From Gemmatimonadota bacterium (GTDB taxonomy: Bacteria; Gemmatimonadota; Gemmatimonadetes; Palauibacterales; KS3-K002): 64,000 bases of DNA. A program made the position numbers and the translations under genes. Of the stretch, positions 39,750 through 48,330 are shown one piece after another; position 1 is the stretch's first letter; every line of letters starts with the position of its first letter. The DNA lies in the NCBI GenBank assembly GCA_039586795.1, contig JBDHJS010000006.1:96001-160000 (forward strand), given 5' to 3'. Below the pieces are notes generated by a model that worked only from the letters and a program-made list of their open reading frames with translations, made no database searches and was not told the origin of the DNA.

Positions 39750-42209
39750 CTATTCCTCCTTCTTCAAAGGCTCATCCTTCCGCTCGTCGTCTTCCGCGCC
39801 GGCCACCTCACCCTCCGCGCTGCGGCCCTCGCGGACCGGTTTCCCGAAGTTGCGCCAGCCATGGGCCCACTCCCACAGCTTGGCGGACGCCTTCCCGTAG
39901 ACCGTGTCCGCCGGGAACTTGCCGTCGGCATCCCGTGCGCCGGCCTGCATACCCGCCAGGATCTGCCAGCCCTCTATGTGGAACTGACCCTCACGCACGG
40001 CGTCGATCACCTCGTCCCCCAACACCAGGTTCTTCATATTCCGCTCCGGGATGATTACGCCCTGATCGCCCGTCAGCACGCGCCGCTTACAAGCGCGGTA
40101 GAACCCTTCGATCTTCGTCGTGACGCCGCCGATCGGCTGGATATCACCGTTCTGGTTCAACGCGCCGGTGATCGCGATCCCCTGATTCAACGGCACCTCC
40201 GCGACGGCGGAGACCAGCGCGTAGAGCTCCGCCGCCGAGGCGCTATCGCCCTCGACTTCTTCGTATAGCTGGTCGAACGAGAGGCTGGCCGACATGATGA
40301 GCGGGTGGTCCTGGGCGAACAGGTCGCCCAGGTATCCGGAAAGCACCAGCACGCCCTTGTTGTGCAGTGGACCGCCGAGGCGTACCTCGCGCTCGATATC
40401 GACGACACCGCTCGTCCCCATGAACGCGCTGCACTCTATCTTGATCGGACGGGCGAACGAATGTTCGGCGGCGGACAGCACCGCCAGTCCGTAAAGTTGA
40501 CCGACCTTCATGCCTCGCGGTTCGACGGCCAGCGTGTTGTCTTCGATCATCTTCAGCAGCTCGCGCTCGGGCCGATTGACCCGCTGCTCTCGTTCTCTGA
40601 TCGCGAGCTTCACATCGGCGAGGCTGACGACGTCGCGTTGCTCGTTCTGCGCGAAGAAGCCGGCTTCGCGGACCAGGTCACCGATGAAGCCGAATTGCGT
40701 CGACAGGTGGTCCTGGTTATCGGATAGCCGCGAACCAAACTCGATCACGCGCGCCACCGCGTCAGCTTCGAACGATGGAAGCGCCTCCTCCTCGCAACGG
40801 GCGGCGATGAACTCTGCGTATCCGCGCTCAGCCTCTGGATTTCGATCCATATAGGGACTGAAATCCGCTTTCACCTTGAACAGCTCGCTGAAATCTCTGT
40901 CGTACGCGTGAAGCCAGTAGTAGGTGTAGGGTTCGCCGATCAGCACGACGCGGCAGCGCAGAGGGATCGGCTGCGGCTTGAGCGTCGTCGTCGCGACCAG
41001 GCTGGTGTACTCGATGATCTCTTCCAGTCGGATCGCCGATGTGCGCAACGCGTTCTTCAAGGCGGTCCACGCGATCGGCTTCTGTAGCAGGTCAGCGGCC
41101 TCCAGAACCAAGTAGCCGCCGTTGGCCCGGTGGATGGCGCCGGCGGTGATCTGACTGAAATCGGCGGCCATCGTTCCGAACTGGACGCGATGCTCGATGC
41201 GGCCGATGAGGTTGTGGTAGGTCGGGTTCTCCTCGAGGACGACGGGCGCACCGCTGTCCGGGTTGTTACACACCATCACGTTGACCCGGTATTTCGCCAT
41301 CGGGTCCTCGGCCTCGCCGAACGGCGATTCGCTGCTCGACTCCTCGTTTTCCCCCGCGAAGTAGCCCGCGTTCTTTACGATGTCCTCGGCCAGCTTGTTG
41401 ATGTGCCGGACCACGGCGGGGACGTCCTCCCAGCCCGCCTTCAACTCGCCGACCAGATGGGCGACGACGTTGTGCGCCACCGAGTGTTGCAGGTCGATTA
41501 CCCGGCGTTGCGCGTTGCGCTCCATCTCCCGCGCTTGACGCTGCACTTCAGCGAACGCCTTCTCCATCTCACGGCGCTTCGTCATGATCTCTTCCTGCTC
41601 GGCCTCGGGCAGCGCCGCGAACCGATTCTCGTCGATCGGCTCGTTCCCCATCGCCGGAGCTACGACATAACCGGCCGGCGTCTGCACCAGCGTCACGTTG
41701 TGTTCCTTCTCCATCTGACGCTGGAAGTCCTCGATCATATCGCGCTGGTTCTCCATCGCGGCTTCCGCCACGTCATCGCGCTGTTTCCGAAACTCCTCGC
41801 TCTGGAGCGCCCTGGGTAGAGACGTCTTCAGCTCTTGGAGCATGTTGTTGATGTCGTCGCGCAGGTTCGGGCCGCGGCTCGTGGGGATCTCCAGAGCGAG
41901 CGGCTCCCGGGGCGCGTCGAAATTGAAGACGTAGCACCAGTCCGGAGGCGTCGGCTCGTCCGCGGCGCGAGCCTCCAGCAGCTGCCGGATCATCGTGGTG
42001 CGCCCCGAGCCGGGGAGGCCCGTGGCGAAGATGTTGTAGCCGATATGGCCGACCTCGAGGCCGAAATGGACGGCTCGCATCGCCTGGTCCTGGCCGATGC
42101 TTTCATTCAGCGGCTCCAGTTGGGCCGTCGTCTTGAAACCCAGCGATGCCGGGTCGCAGGTTCGTCTAAGCTTCTCCGGCTCTAGGGAGCTCGGCTTGGG
42201 GGCGGTCAC
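39750..42209 (-). CDS. Lon-like protease with degenerate AAA domain (LonC/LonB-like)
   Basis: Degenerate Walker A GLPGSGRT, coiled-coil insertion, HRANGGYLVL, VEGDSAS catalytic Ser and IGGV..KIEGF catalytic Lys. Confidence 0.9.
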   Translation of the reverse strand: MTAPKPSSLEPEKLRRTCDPASLGFKTTAQLEPLNESIGQDQAMRAVHFGLEVGHIGYNIFATGLPGSGRTTMIRQLLEARAADEPTPPDWCYVFNFDAPREPLALEIPTSRGPNLRDDINNMLQELKTSLPRALQSEEFRKQRDDVAEAAMENQRDMIEDFQRQMEKEHNVTLVQTPAGYVVAPAMGNEPIDENRFAALPEAEQEEIMTKRREMEKAFAEVQRQAREMERNAQRRVIDLQHSVAHNVVAHLVGELKAGWEDVPAVVRHINKLAEDIVKNAGYFAGENEESSSESPFGEAEDPMAKYRVNVMVCNNPDSGAPVVLEENPTYHNLIGRIEHRVQFGTMAADFSQITAGAIHRANGGYLVLEAADLLQKPIAWTALKNALRTSAIRLEEIIEYTSLVATTTLKPQPIPLRCRVVLIGEPYTYYWLHAYDRDFSELFKVKADFSPYMDRNPEAERGYAEFIAARCEEEALPSFEADAVARVIEFGSRLSDNQDHLSTQFGFIGDLVREAGFFAQNEQRDVVSLADVKLAIREREQRVNRPERELLKMIEDNTLAVEPRGMKVGQLYGLAVLSAAEHSFARPIKIECSAFMGTSGVVDIEREVRLGGPLHNKGVLVLSGYLGDLFAQDHPLIMSASLSFDQLYEEVEGDSASAAELYALVSAVAEVPLNQGIAITGALNQNGDIQPIGGVTTKIEGFYRACKRRVLTGDQGVIIPERNMKNLVLGDEVIDAVREGQFHIEGWQILAGMQAGARDADGKFPADTVYGKASAKLWEWAHGWRNFGKPVREGRSAEGEVAGAEDDERKDEPLKKEE

Positions 42210-42444
42210 GTGGCTCTCCCTTCGAATGGGCTGCGGCGTGATAGGGTATTTCTCTTGTGAGGGAATACTAACGTGGAACGGAAGCCCGCGTCTATTGTCG
42301 CCAGCCCGGGGGCGGCGGGCCTGAGTGTTAGTCGTTTTAGAGCTTCAGCGACCGGCGTGGGGATCACAAGTGATAATCGCTCCACTTGACCGATGCTTGC
42401 CAAGATGCAGCTAGGTATTCCAAGCGTCTACTGGAGGTGAAGCC

Positions 42445-42849
42445 ATGAAATACCGACGCTTGATAGCTGCTGTTCTTCTGCCGCTCACTCTGCTTGTTAG
42501 CACTGGCTGCAGTTCGGCCACACTGGTCCCGGTTGAAGACCTGAGGCCCGTGCAGGGCGATGAACTCGAACCGGGCGAGGATGCCACCGAAGCTGAAGCT
42601 GTGTTGGGGCTTGTGACCTTGAGTGGTGAGAAGGTGCGTTTCGATGACTGGGTCGTGCCCGTAGGCGATACGTTGCACGCTACCGTCGGAGGCGAACCAT
42701 ACACAGTCGCACTGGACCAGGTTGACCAGGTCGTCGTGAGAAGAGGGGTTAGTACCGCTGGGAAGGTTGTCGTCATTGTTCTCTTCCTAGCCGCGGTCGC
42801 TACGGCAGCAGCCCTCGCTGCCTTCAGTCAATCTACCTTGATCTTTTGA
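42445..42849 (+). CDS. Hypothetical lipoprotein with C-terminal hydrophobic helix (copy 1)
   Basis: GGAGG RBS, MKYRRLIAA signal, lipobox STGC and a C-terminal TM-like segment. Confidence 0.7.
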   Translation: MKYRRLIAAVLLPLTLLVSTGCSSATLVPVEDLRPVQGDELEPGEDATEAEAVLGLVTLSGEKVRFDDWVVPVGDTLHATVGGEPYTVALDQVDQVVVRRGVSTAGKVVVIVLFLAAVATAAALAAFSQSTLIF

Positions 42850-42862
42850 CGGTGGGTAAGCC

Positions 42863-43255
42863 ATGAAGTACCGACGCTTGATAGCTGCTGCGCTGATTCC
42901 CGCGACACTGTCGCTAGCGATGGGCTGTATGCCTACTTCAACGTTCAAGGTGCCTACTTCTGAGCTTGAACCCGCAGAAGGTGAGCGTCAGGCCGAAGCT
43001 GTGAGAGGGGTTGTGACTTTGAGCGGGGAAGAGGTGCGATTTGATGATCCGGTCTTGCCTGCTACCGATACGTTGCACGCTACCGTCAAGGGCGAGCCTT
43101 ACAGCATCGCGCTGAACCAAGTCGATAAAGTCATGGTGAAGCGCAAGGACACCACAAAGCTCGTCCTCCAGGTGGTGACTGTGGTTTTGGTTGTTGCAGC
43201 TACAGTGGTCTACTACGCCTGCTGCTATGAGATCGGCTATGGGGGCGGAGAGTGA
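42863..43255 (+). CDS. Hypothetical lipoprotein with C-terminal hydrophobic helix (copy 2)
   Basis: Paralogue of the previous gene: MKYRRLIAA, lipobox AMGC, VTLSGE.VRFDD, DTLHATV.GEPY and a C-terminal TM. Confidence 0.7.
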   Translation: MKYRRLIAAALIPATLSLAMGCMPTSTFKVPTSELEPAEGERQAEAVRGVVTLSGEEVRFDDPVLPATDTLHATVKGEPYSIALNQVDKVMVKRKDTTKLVLQVVTVVLVVAATVVYYACCYEIGYGGGE

Positions 43256-43256
43256 A

Positions 43257-43652
43257 TTACCCTTTGTCCAACTTTAGCGCAGCAGAATTGATGCAATACC
43301 GCACACCGCTGGGCTGCGGACCGTCCTCGAAGACGTGCCCCAGGTGGGCGTCGCAGGCCGAGCAGAGGACCTCGGTGCGCCGCATACCCAGGCTGTCGTC
43401 GGCGGCCGTGTCGACGGCGTCGTCGCTGGCCGGCTGGTGGAAGCTGGGCCAGCCGGTGCCCGAATCGTACTTGGCCTCCGACTCGAACACGGGGTTGCCG
43501 CAGCACACGCAGCGGTAGGTGCCGCTCTCTTTGCTGTCGTGATACTCGCCGGTGAAGGCGCGTTCGGTGCCCTTCTGGCGCGTGATCCGGTACTGCTCGG
43601 GGGTCAGTTGGGCGCGCCACTCGTCGTCGCTGCGGGTAACCTTCTTTGGCAT
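43257..43652 (-). CDS. msrB: Peptide-methionine (R)-S-oxide reductase MsrB
   Basis: GTERAFTG, CxxC twice, [17 protein letters not shown] and RYCINSAAL. Confidence 0.96.
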   Translation of the reverse strand: MPKKVTRSDDEWRAQLTPEQYRITRQKGTERAFTGEYHDSKESGTYRCVCCGNPVFESEAKYDSGTGWPSFHQPASDDAVDTAADDSLGMRRTEVLCSACDAHLGHVFEDGPQPSGVRYCINSAALKLDKG

Positions 43653-43699
43653 ATGTGCTCCTCGCTGGGGTGTTCGACATGATAACGCCCGAAACAGCA

Positions 43700-43880
43700 T
43701 TTGGGTTCTGGAAGGATCAGGGGATTACGAGATTCGGGGCTTCGGGGGGTTGAGGCTACGCCGCAGGCACCAGTTCCAAAATCCCCAATCCATAATCGTT
43801 GAAACAGCTTTGATAATTGAAGAACGCTCAGTATTCCCCAACTCAGATTACCGATATCCAAGCTCCCAATCCAATCCCTA
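43700..43880. repeat. Degenerate short-period repeat tract with a G-rich arm followed by a C-rich arm
   Basis: ggggattacgagattcggggcttcgggggg followed by aaatccccaatcc...ctcccaatccaatccc, between divergent genes. Confidence 0.4.
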
Positions 43881-43944
43881 TATTGCGTCCGCGACCTGCC
43901 ACTCCTTAGAATGGCCTTTCCCTCATTGCCCGAATTAGGAGAGA

Positions 43945-44862
43945 ATGATGAACTGTCGCGCGTTGGTCATGATTGGCGTGATCTTGTCCGGTACCGTGAT
44001 CGGCGGGTCACCGGCGCAAGCTCAGGACTGGGACGCCGTTGAGATCGAGACGACCCCACTCGCTCCCGGCCTCTACATGCTGACCGGCCGCGGTGGCAAC
44101 CTGGCGATCTCCATCGGGGACGACGGCATCTTCCTGGTGGACGATCAGTACGCCCCGCTGACCGAGCAGATCCTGGCCGCGATCCGCGAGCTGGACGACG
44201 GACCGATCCGCTTCGTGATCAACACGCACTGGCACGGCGATCATACCGGCGGCAACGAGAACATGGGCGAGGTGGGGGCGCTGATCGTCGCTCACGACAA
44301 CGTGCGCCGTCGCATGAGCGTCGAACAGTTCATCGAAGCGTATGACATGCGGGTCGAGGCGTCGCCCGAGGCGGCGCTCCCCGTCGTCACGTTCAGCGAG
44401 GACGTCACCTTCCATCTCAACGGAGACGAAATCCACGCCTTTCACATCCAGCATGCTCACACCGACGGCGACGCCGCCGTGATGTTCAGGAACTCCAATG
44501 TCCTTCATATGGGGGATGTCTACTTCGGCGGCATCTATCCGTTCGTCGATCTGTCGTCCGGCGGATCGGTAGACGGGATCATCGCCGCGGTCCGCAACGC
44601 GCTGAACATGATCGCCGATGACACTCAGGTCGTCCCCGGACACGGTACGCTCTCCCGCAAGCAGGGACTTGCCGATTATCTGGAGATGCTAGAGGACATC
44701 CGCGGCCGGATCGCCGAGCTCGTCGCTGCCGGCAAAACGCGGGACGAGGTGATCGCCGCCAAGCCGACGGCGGCTTGGGACGACGCCTGGGGCGGCGGCT
44801 GGATCGATGGCGACGAGTTCGCGGGCACGCTCTACGACGATCTGTCCCGCAAGATCAACTAG
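43945..44862 (+). CDS. Secreted MBL-fold metallo-hydrolase (cyclase-like)
   Basis: Signal peptide, THWHGDHTGGN, AHTDGD, HMGD and VPGHG. Confidence 0.9.
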   Translation: MMNCRALVMIGVILSGTVIGGSPAQAQDWDAVEIETTPLAPGLYMLTGRGGNLAISIGDDGIFLVDDQYAPLTEQILAAIRELDDGPIRFVINTHWHGDHTGGNENMGEVGALIVAHDNVRRRMSVEQFIEAYDMRVEASPEAALPVVTFSEDVTFHLNGDEIHAFHIQHAHTDGDAAVMFRNSNVLHMGDVYFGGIYPFVDLSSGGSVDGIIAAVRNALNMIADDTQVVPGHGTLSRKQGLADYLEMLEDIRGRIAELVAAGKTRDEVIAAKPTAAWDDAWGGGWIDGDEFAGTLYDDLSRKIN

Positions 44863-45484
44863 TCTTTGGAAGCAGGGCCCCGTCGGATCCTGTACGCCGG
44901 CGCGTCCAACGGCGCCGCAGCGGCCCCGCCGCCCGGTATCCCAACAGCACCAGCAGGATGGCGGCGAAGATCGCGGGCTCCCGGATATCGGCCTTCACCA
45001 GCCACCAGAAGTGTAGCACGCCAAGCGCCGCCGCGACGTAAACCAGCCGGTGTAGCCGCGCCCAACGCTTGCCGCCCAACCGCTTCACCATCTTCTTGGT
45101 GGAAGTCACGGCCAGCGCGGTCAGCATGAGCAGCGCCGAGAAGCCCACGGTTATGTAGGGCCGTTCCCCGATGTCTTCCAGGATGTACTCCCAAGCGAAG
45201 AATTGATCGACACCCAGGTAAATGGAGAAGTGCAGCGCCGCATAGAAGAACGCGATCAATCCGAACGTTCGCCGCAACTTGATCAGCCAACCAGTCCCAG
45301 TCAGTCTACGCAACGGCGTCACCGCCAGCGTCGTCATCAAGAACGCCAACGCCCACCACCCACTACGATGCAGCAACTCCTCCACCGGATTCGTCCCCAG
45401 CCCACCCATCGCCGCATCCCAACCCAACCAAAGGAACGGCACAAGAGCCAGGACGATGACCCCGAGGTGTATCCCCCGTCTCAC
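44855..45484 (-). CDS. msrQ: Protein-methionine-sulfoxide reductase heme-binding subunit MsrQ
   Basis: LAVTPLR, RRTFGL.AFFY..LH, LAVTS, W.RLHRLVY and LHFWW.VK. Downstream of msrP. Confidence 0.93.
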   Translation of the reverse strand: MRRGIHLGVIVLALVPFLWLGWDAAMGGLGTNPVEELLHRSGWWALAFLMTTLAVTPLRRLTGTGWLIKLRRTFGLIAFFYAALHFSIYLGVDQFFAWEYILEDIGERPYITVGFSALLMLTALAVTSTKKMVKRLGGKRWARLHRLVYVAAALGVLHFWWLVKADIREPAIFAAILLVLLGYRAAGPLRRRWTRRRTGSDGALLPKTS

Positions 45485-45493
45485 CTACTTACC

Positions 45494-45538
45494 CTCAATG
45501 CTCAATGTCCCATGCCCAATATTCAATGTTCACCATCA
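45494..45538. repeat. Degenerate CAATG(C/T)T heptamer tract
   Basis: ctcaatgctcaatgtcccatgcccaatattcaatgttcaccatca between msrP and msrQ. Confidence 0.5.
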
Positions 45539-45539
45539 A

Positions 45540-46478
45540 TTAGTAATTAAGCGACAAATCCATCCCCGAATAGAGCTCCGCCACCTGCTCCCCATACCCA
45601 TTGAACGCCAGCGTCGGCCGCTTTCTGAATTCTCCAATCCGCCGCTCCCGCGCCTGACTCCACCGCGGATGATCCACCTCCGGATTCACATTGGCGTAAA
45701 ACCCATACTCGTTCGGTATCGACATCGCCCACGTCGTCTTCGGCATCTCTCGGGTGAACCGCACCTTCACGATCGACTTGATGCTCTTAAACCCGTACTT
45801 CCACGGCACGACCAGGCGGATCGGAGCACCATTCTGGTTGGGCAGCGTTTCCCCATACAAACCCACTGAAAGCAACGTCAGTGGATGCATCGCCTCGTCC
45901 ATCCGCAGCCCTTCGATGTACGGCCAGTCGAGGACGTTGCGGCTTTGACCCGGCATCTGCTCCGGGTCGTGAAGCGTTTCGAACTCGACGAACCGGGCGT
46001 GAGACGTCGGTTCGACGCTCTTGATGAAGTCGCCGAGCGGGAAGCCGAGCCAGGGGATCACCATCGACCAGGCCTCGACGCAACGCAGCCTGTAGATGCG
46101 TTCCTCCGCCGGGAAACGCTTCAGTATGTCTTCGATATCATAGGTGCCCGGCTTGTTGCACTCACCTTCGACGGCGATCGTCCACGGTCGCGTGCGCAGG
46201 GTGTGCGCGTTCTTGGCCGGATCGCCCTTGCCGGTGCCGAACTCGTAGAAGTTGTTATAGCCCGTCACGTCTTCGTAGGGCGTGAGCTCTTCTTCGCCTT
46301 GCCGCCCGGCGGCTTCGTCTAGCCCGCCGGTACAGGCGAGCAGGGAAGGGGCCGCGGCGGAGAGTCCCAGTCCAACGCCCAGGCCCGCCGCCCGGCCGAT
46401 GAACTGCCGCCTGCTTATATAAAGACCTTGATCGGTTACTTCCGATTCCTTGATATCAGGGGGTCGCCTTATCAGCAT
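45540..46478 (-). CDS. msrP: Protein-methionine-sulfoxide reductase catalytic subunit MsrP
   Basis: Tat motif [50 protein letters not shown] and HPRWSQA. Start at ATG 46478. Confidence 0.96.
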   Translation of the reverse strand: MLIRRPPDIKESEVTDQGLYISRRQFIGRAAGLGVGLGLSAAAPSLLACTGGLDEAAGRQGEEELTPYEDVTGYNNFYEFGTGKGDPAKNAHTLRTRPWTIAVEGECNKPGTYDIEDILKRFPAEERIYRLRCVEAWSMVIPWLGFPLGDFIKSVEPTSHARFVEFETLHDPEQMPGQSRNVLDWPYIEGLRMDEAMHPLTLLSVGLYGETLPNQNGAPIRLVVPWKYGFKSIKSIVKVRFTREMPKTTWAMSIPNEYGFYANVNPEVDHPRWSQARERRIGEFRKRPTLAFNGYGEQVAELYSGMDLSLNY

Positions 46479-46668
46479 CGATCCGTCGCTCCGTCCAATG
46501 GCCGGAAGAGGCTTCCGGCGTTGCTGCACTCTCTTTCCTGCCTTCCAACACTGTGTCTGGGGCCCGGGTTCCCTCCGGGGGTCGAGAGGTGACCTTGACG
46601 TTGGGCTGGCGCTTCCCGACTTTAGCATCTTTCCAACCATCCACCACTGGAAGCAGAAGGATAGGCTG

Positions 46669-48330
46669 ATGATGAGATTGCGCACATCCTTGTGGCCGAC
46701 GCTCTTCCTTGCCGTAGCACTGGCGTGGCCGGGCGCCCTCGAGGCCCAGTTCAACGATCCGCCGGGACCGGCGGCCTACGCGCTACAGAACGTGACCGTG
46801 GTGCAGGCCGATGGCTCGCGGATGGACAGCGTCACCCTGGTGATCCGGGGCGGCATGATCGAGGCGATGGGACCCGGCGTAGCGGTTCCCGGCGACGCCC
46901 AAATCCTGGAGGGCGACTCACTGTGGATCTACCCGGGACTGATCGACGCTCAGGGCGACGCCAGCTACGAGTTTCCCGAGATCGATCTCGATTTCAGCGA
47001 GATCGCTCGTTGGGATCCGCCTCGTGAGGCGCAGAGCTTCATGCCGAGCCGTCGCGTGGTCGATCATCTGACCGCGACCGGCGGCGACCTGGCCGACCAA
47101 CGCCGCATGGGCGTGGTCGCCGCGGGGCTCGTCCCCGGCGACCGGCTGATACCGGGCACCGGCGCGGTGGTCGTGATGAGGACCGACGCCGAGCTGCCTG
47201 CCGAGCTGGTCGCCCACCCGATGACCGGCCCGGCCTTCTATTTCCGCGGCGCCCAGGGTGTGTACCCCGGGACGCTGTTCGCGGTGATCGCGTTCTATCG
47301 ACAGAGCTTCGAGGATGCCCGTCACTATCAGGCCCATGCCCAGGCGTACCAGCGGAATCGCGATGGCGTGCGGCCGGTGGCAACGGATCCCGATTTCGAT
47401 GTTCTGCTGAGCGTGATGGAAGGTGAGGAGCCTGCCTTCTTTGTGGTCGACTTCGGCCGCGACATTCAGCGTGTGCTGAGACTATCGCAAGAGTACGGAT
47501 TCCGCCCGATCATCGTCGGCGGTGAGGAGGCTTGGAAGGTCGCCGACGAGCTGCAGGCGGCCCGTGTCCCGGTGCTCGTTTCCCTCGATTTCCCGATGCC
47601 GGAGCGCTGGAAGCCGGAGGCGGACAATGGCGACTCGAACGGCGAGACCGATGCAACGGCGGAGCGTGAGAAGATCCGGCTCGAGAACATCTACGCCAAC
47701 GCCGGTCGTCTCGAGCAGCAGGGTGTCCGTTTCGCGCTGACCAGCGGTGGCGGCGACGCCGATCTGCTGGAGGGCGCGCGCAAGGCGATCGAATACGGGT
47801 TGTCAGAGCAGGCGGCGCTTCGGTCGTTGACGACCGTGCCGGCCCAGATCCTCGGTGTCGAGCGCCTGCTGACCATCGAAGAGGGCGCCTCGGCGACGTT
47901 CATCGTCACCGACGGCCCGCTGTTCGGTGAGGAGACGGCCATTCGCTACACCTTCGTCGAAGGCGGAATGGAAAGGGGCAGGGAAGCCCGAGGTGGCGGC
48001 GAGCCGCCGGCGGTCAACGTTACCGGCTCTTGGGACCTGACCATCGAGGCGGAAGGCGAGGCGATTCAGGCCAAGCTGGAGATGGAGCAGGACGGTGCCG
48101 AAGTGACCGGAACGATGGTCAGCCCCTTCGGCCAGGCCAACATTACATCGGGTATGGTATCTGGAAACGACATTGAGCTCACTATCCTGTTCAACATGGG
48201 CGGTGAGAGCATGGAGATCGAGATCACCGGCACCGTCGAAGGCGATTCAGCCTCCGGTTCCGGCGACTCGCCGATGGCATCATTCACGTGGACCGCAAAG
48301 CGGACTCCGGGAGGGAGGACTGACCGATGA
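46669..48330 (+). CDS. Secreted amidohydrolase-fold protein lacking the metal HxH, with a C-terminal beta domain
   Basis: [11 protein letters not shown] in place of DxHxH, GLS..ALRSLT.PA.ILG and a C-terminal VTGSWDLT beta-repeat domain. Confidence 0.8.
   Translation: MMRLRTSLWPTLFLAVALAWPGALEAQFNDPPGPAAYALQNVTVVQADGSRMDSVTLVIRGGMIEAMGPGVAVPGDAQILEGDSLWIYPGLIDAQGDASYEFPEIDLDFSEIARWDPPREAQSFMPSRRVVDHLTATGGDLADQRRMGVVAAGLVPGDRLIPGTGAVVVMRTDAELPAELVAHPMTGPAFYFRGAQGVYPGTLFAVIAFYRQSFEDARHYQAHAQAYQRNRDGVRPVATDPDFDVLLSVMEGEEPAFFVVDFGRDIQRVLRLSQEYGFRPIIVGGEEAWKVADELQAARVPVLVSLDFPMPERWKPEADNGDSNGETDATAEREKIRLENIYANAGRLEQQGVRFALTSGGGDADLLEGARKAIEYGLSEQAALRSLTTVPAQILGVERLLTIEEGASATFIVTDGPLFGEETAIRYTFVEGGMERGREARGGGEPPAVNVTGSWDLTIEAEGEAIQAKLEMEQDGAEVTGTMVSPFGQANITSGMVSGNDIELTILFNMGGESMEIEITGTVEGDSASGSGDSPMASFTWTAKRTPGGRTDR

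Noticed and set aside
42266..42333. ACTAAC...GTTAGT pair as an attC site
   Set aside because: Core sites deviate from consensus, L boxes do not pair convincingly, and it lies between divergent gene starts rather than after a cassette ORF.
46479..46620. Moco riboswitch upstream of the molybdoenzyme gene msrP
   Set aside because: Only a short hairpin (gccggaag/cttccggc) and weak resemblance. The conserved motif architecture is not recognisable, and an Rfam scan would be needed.
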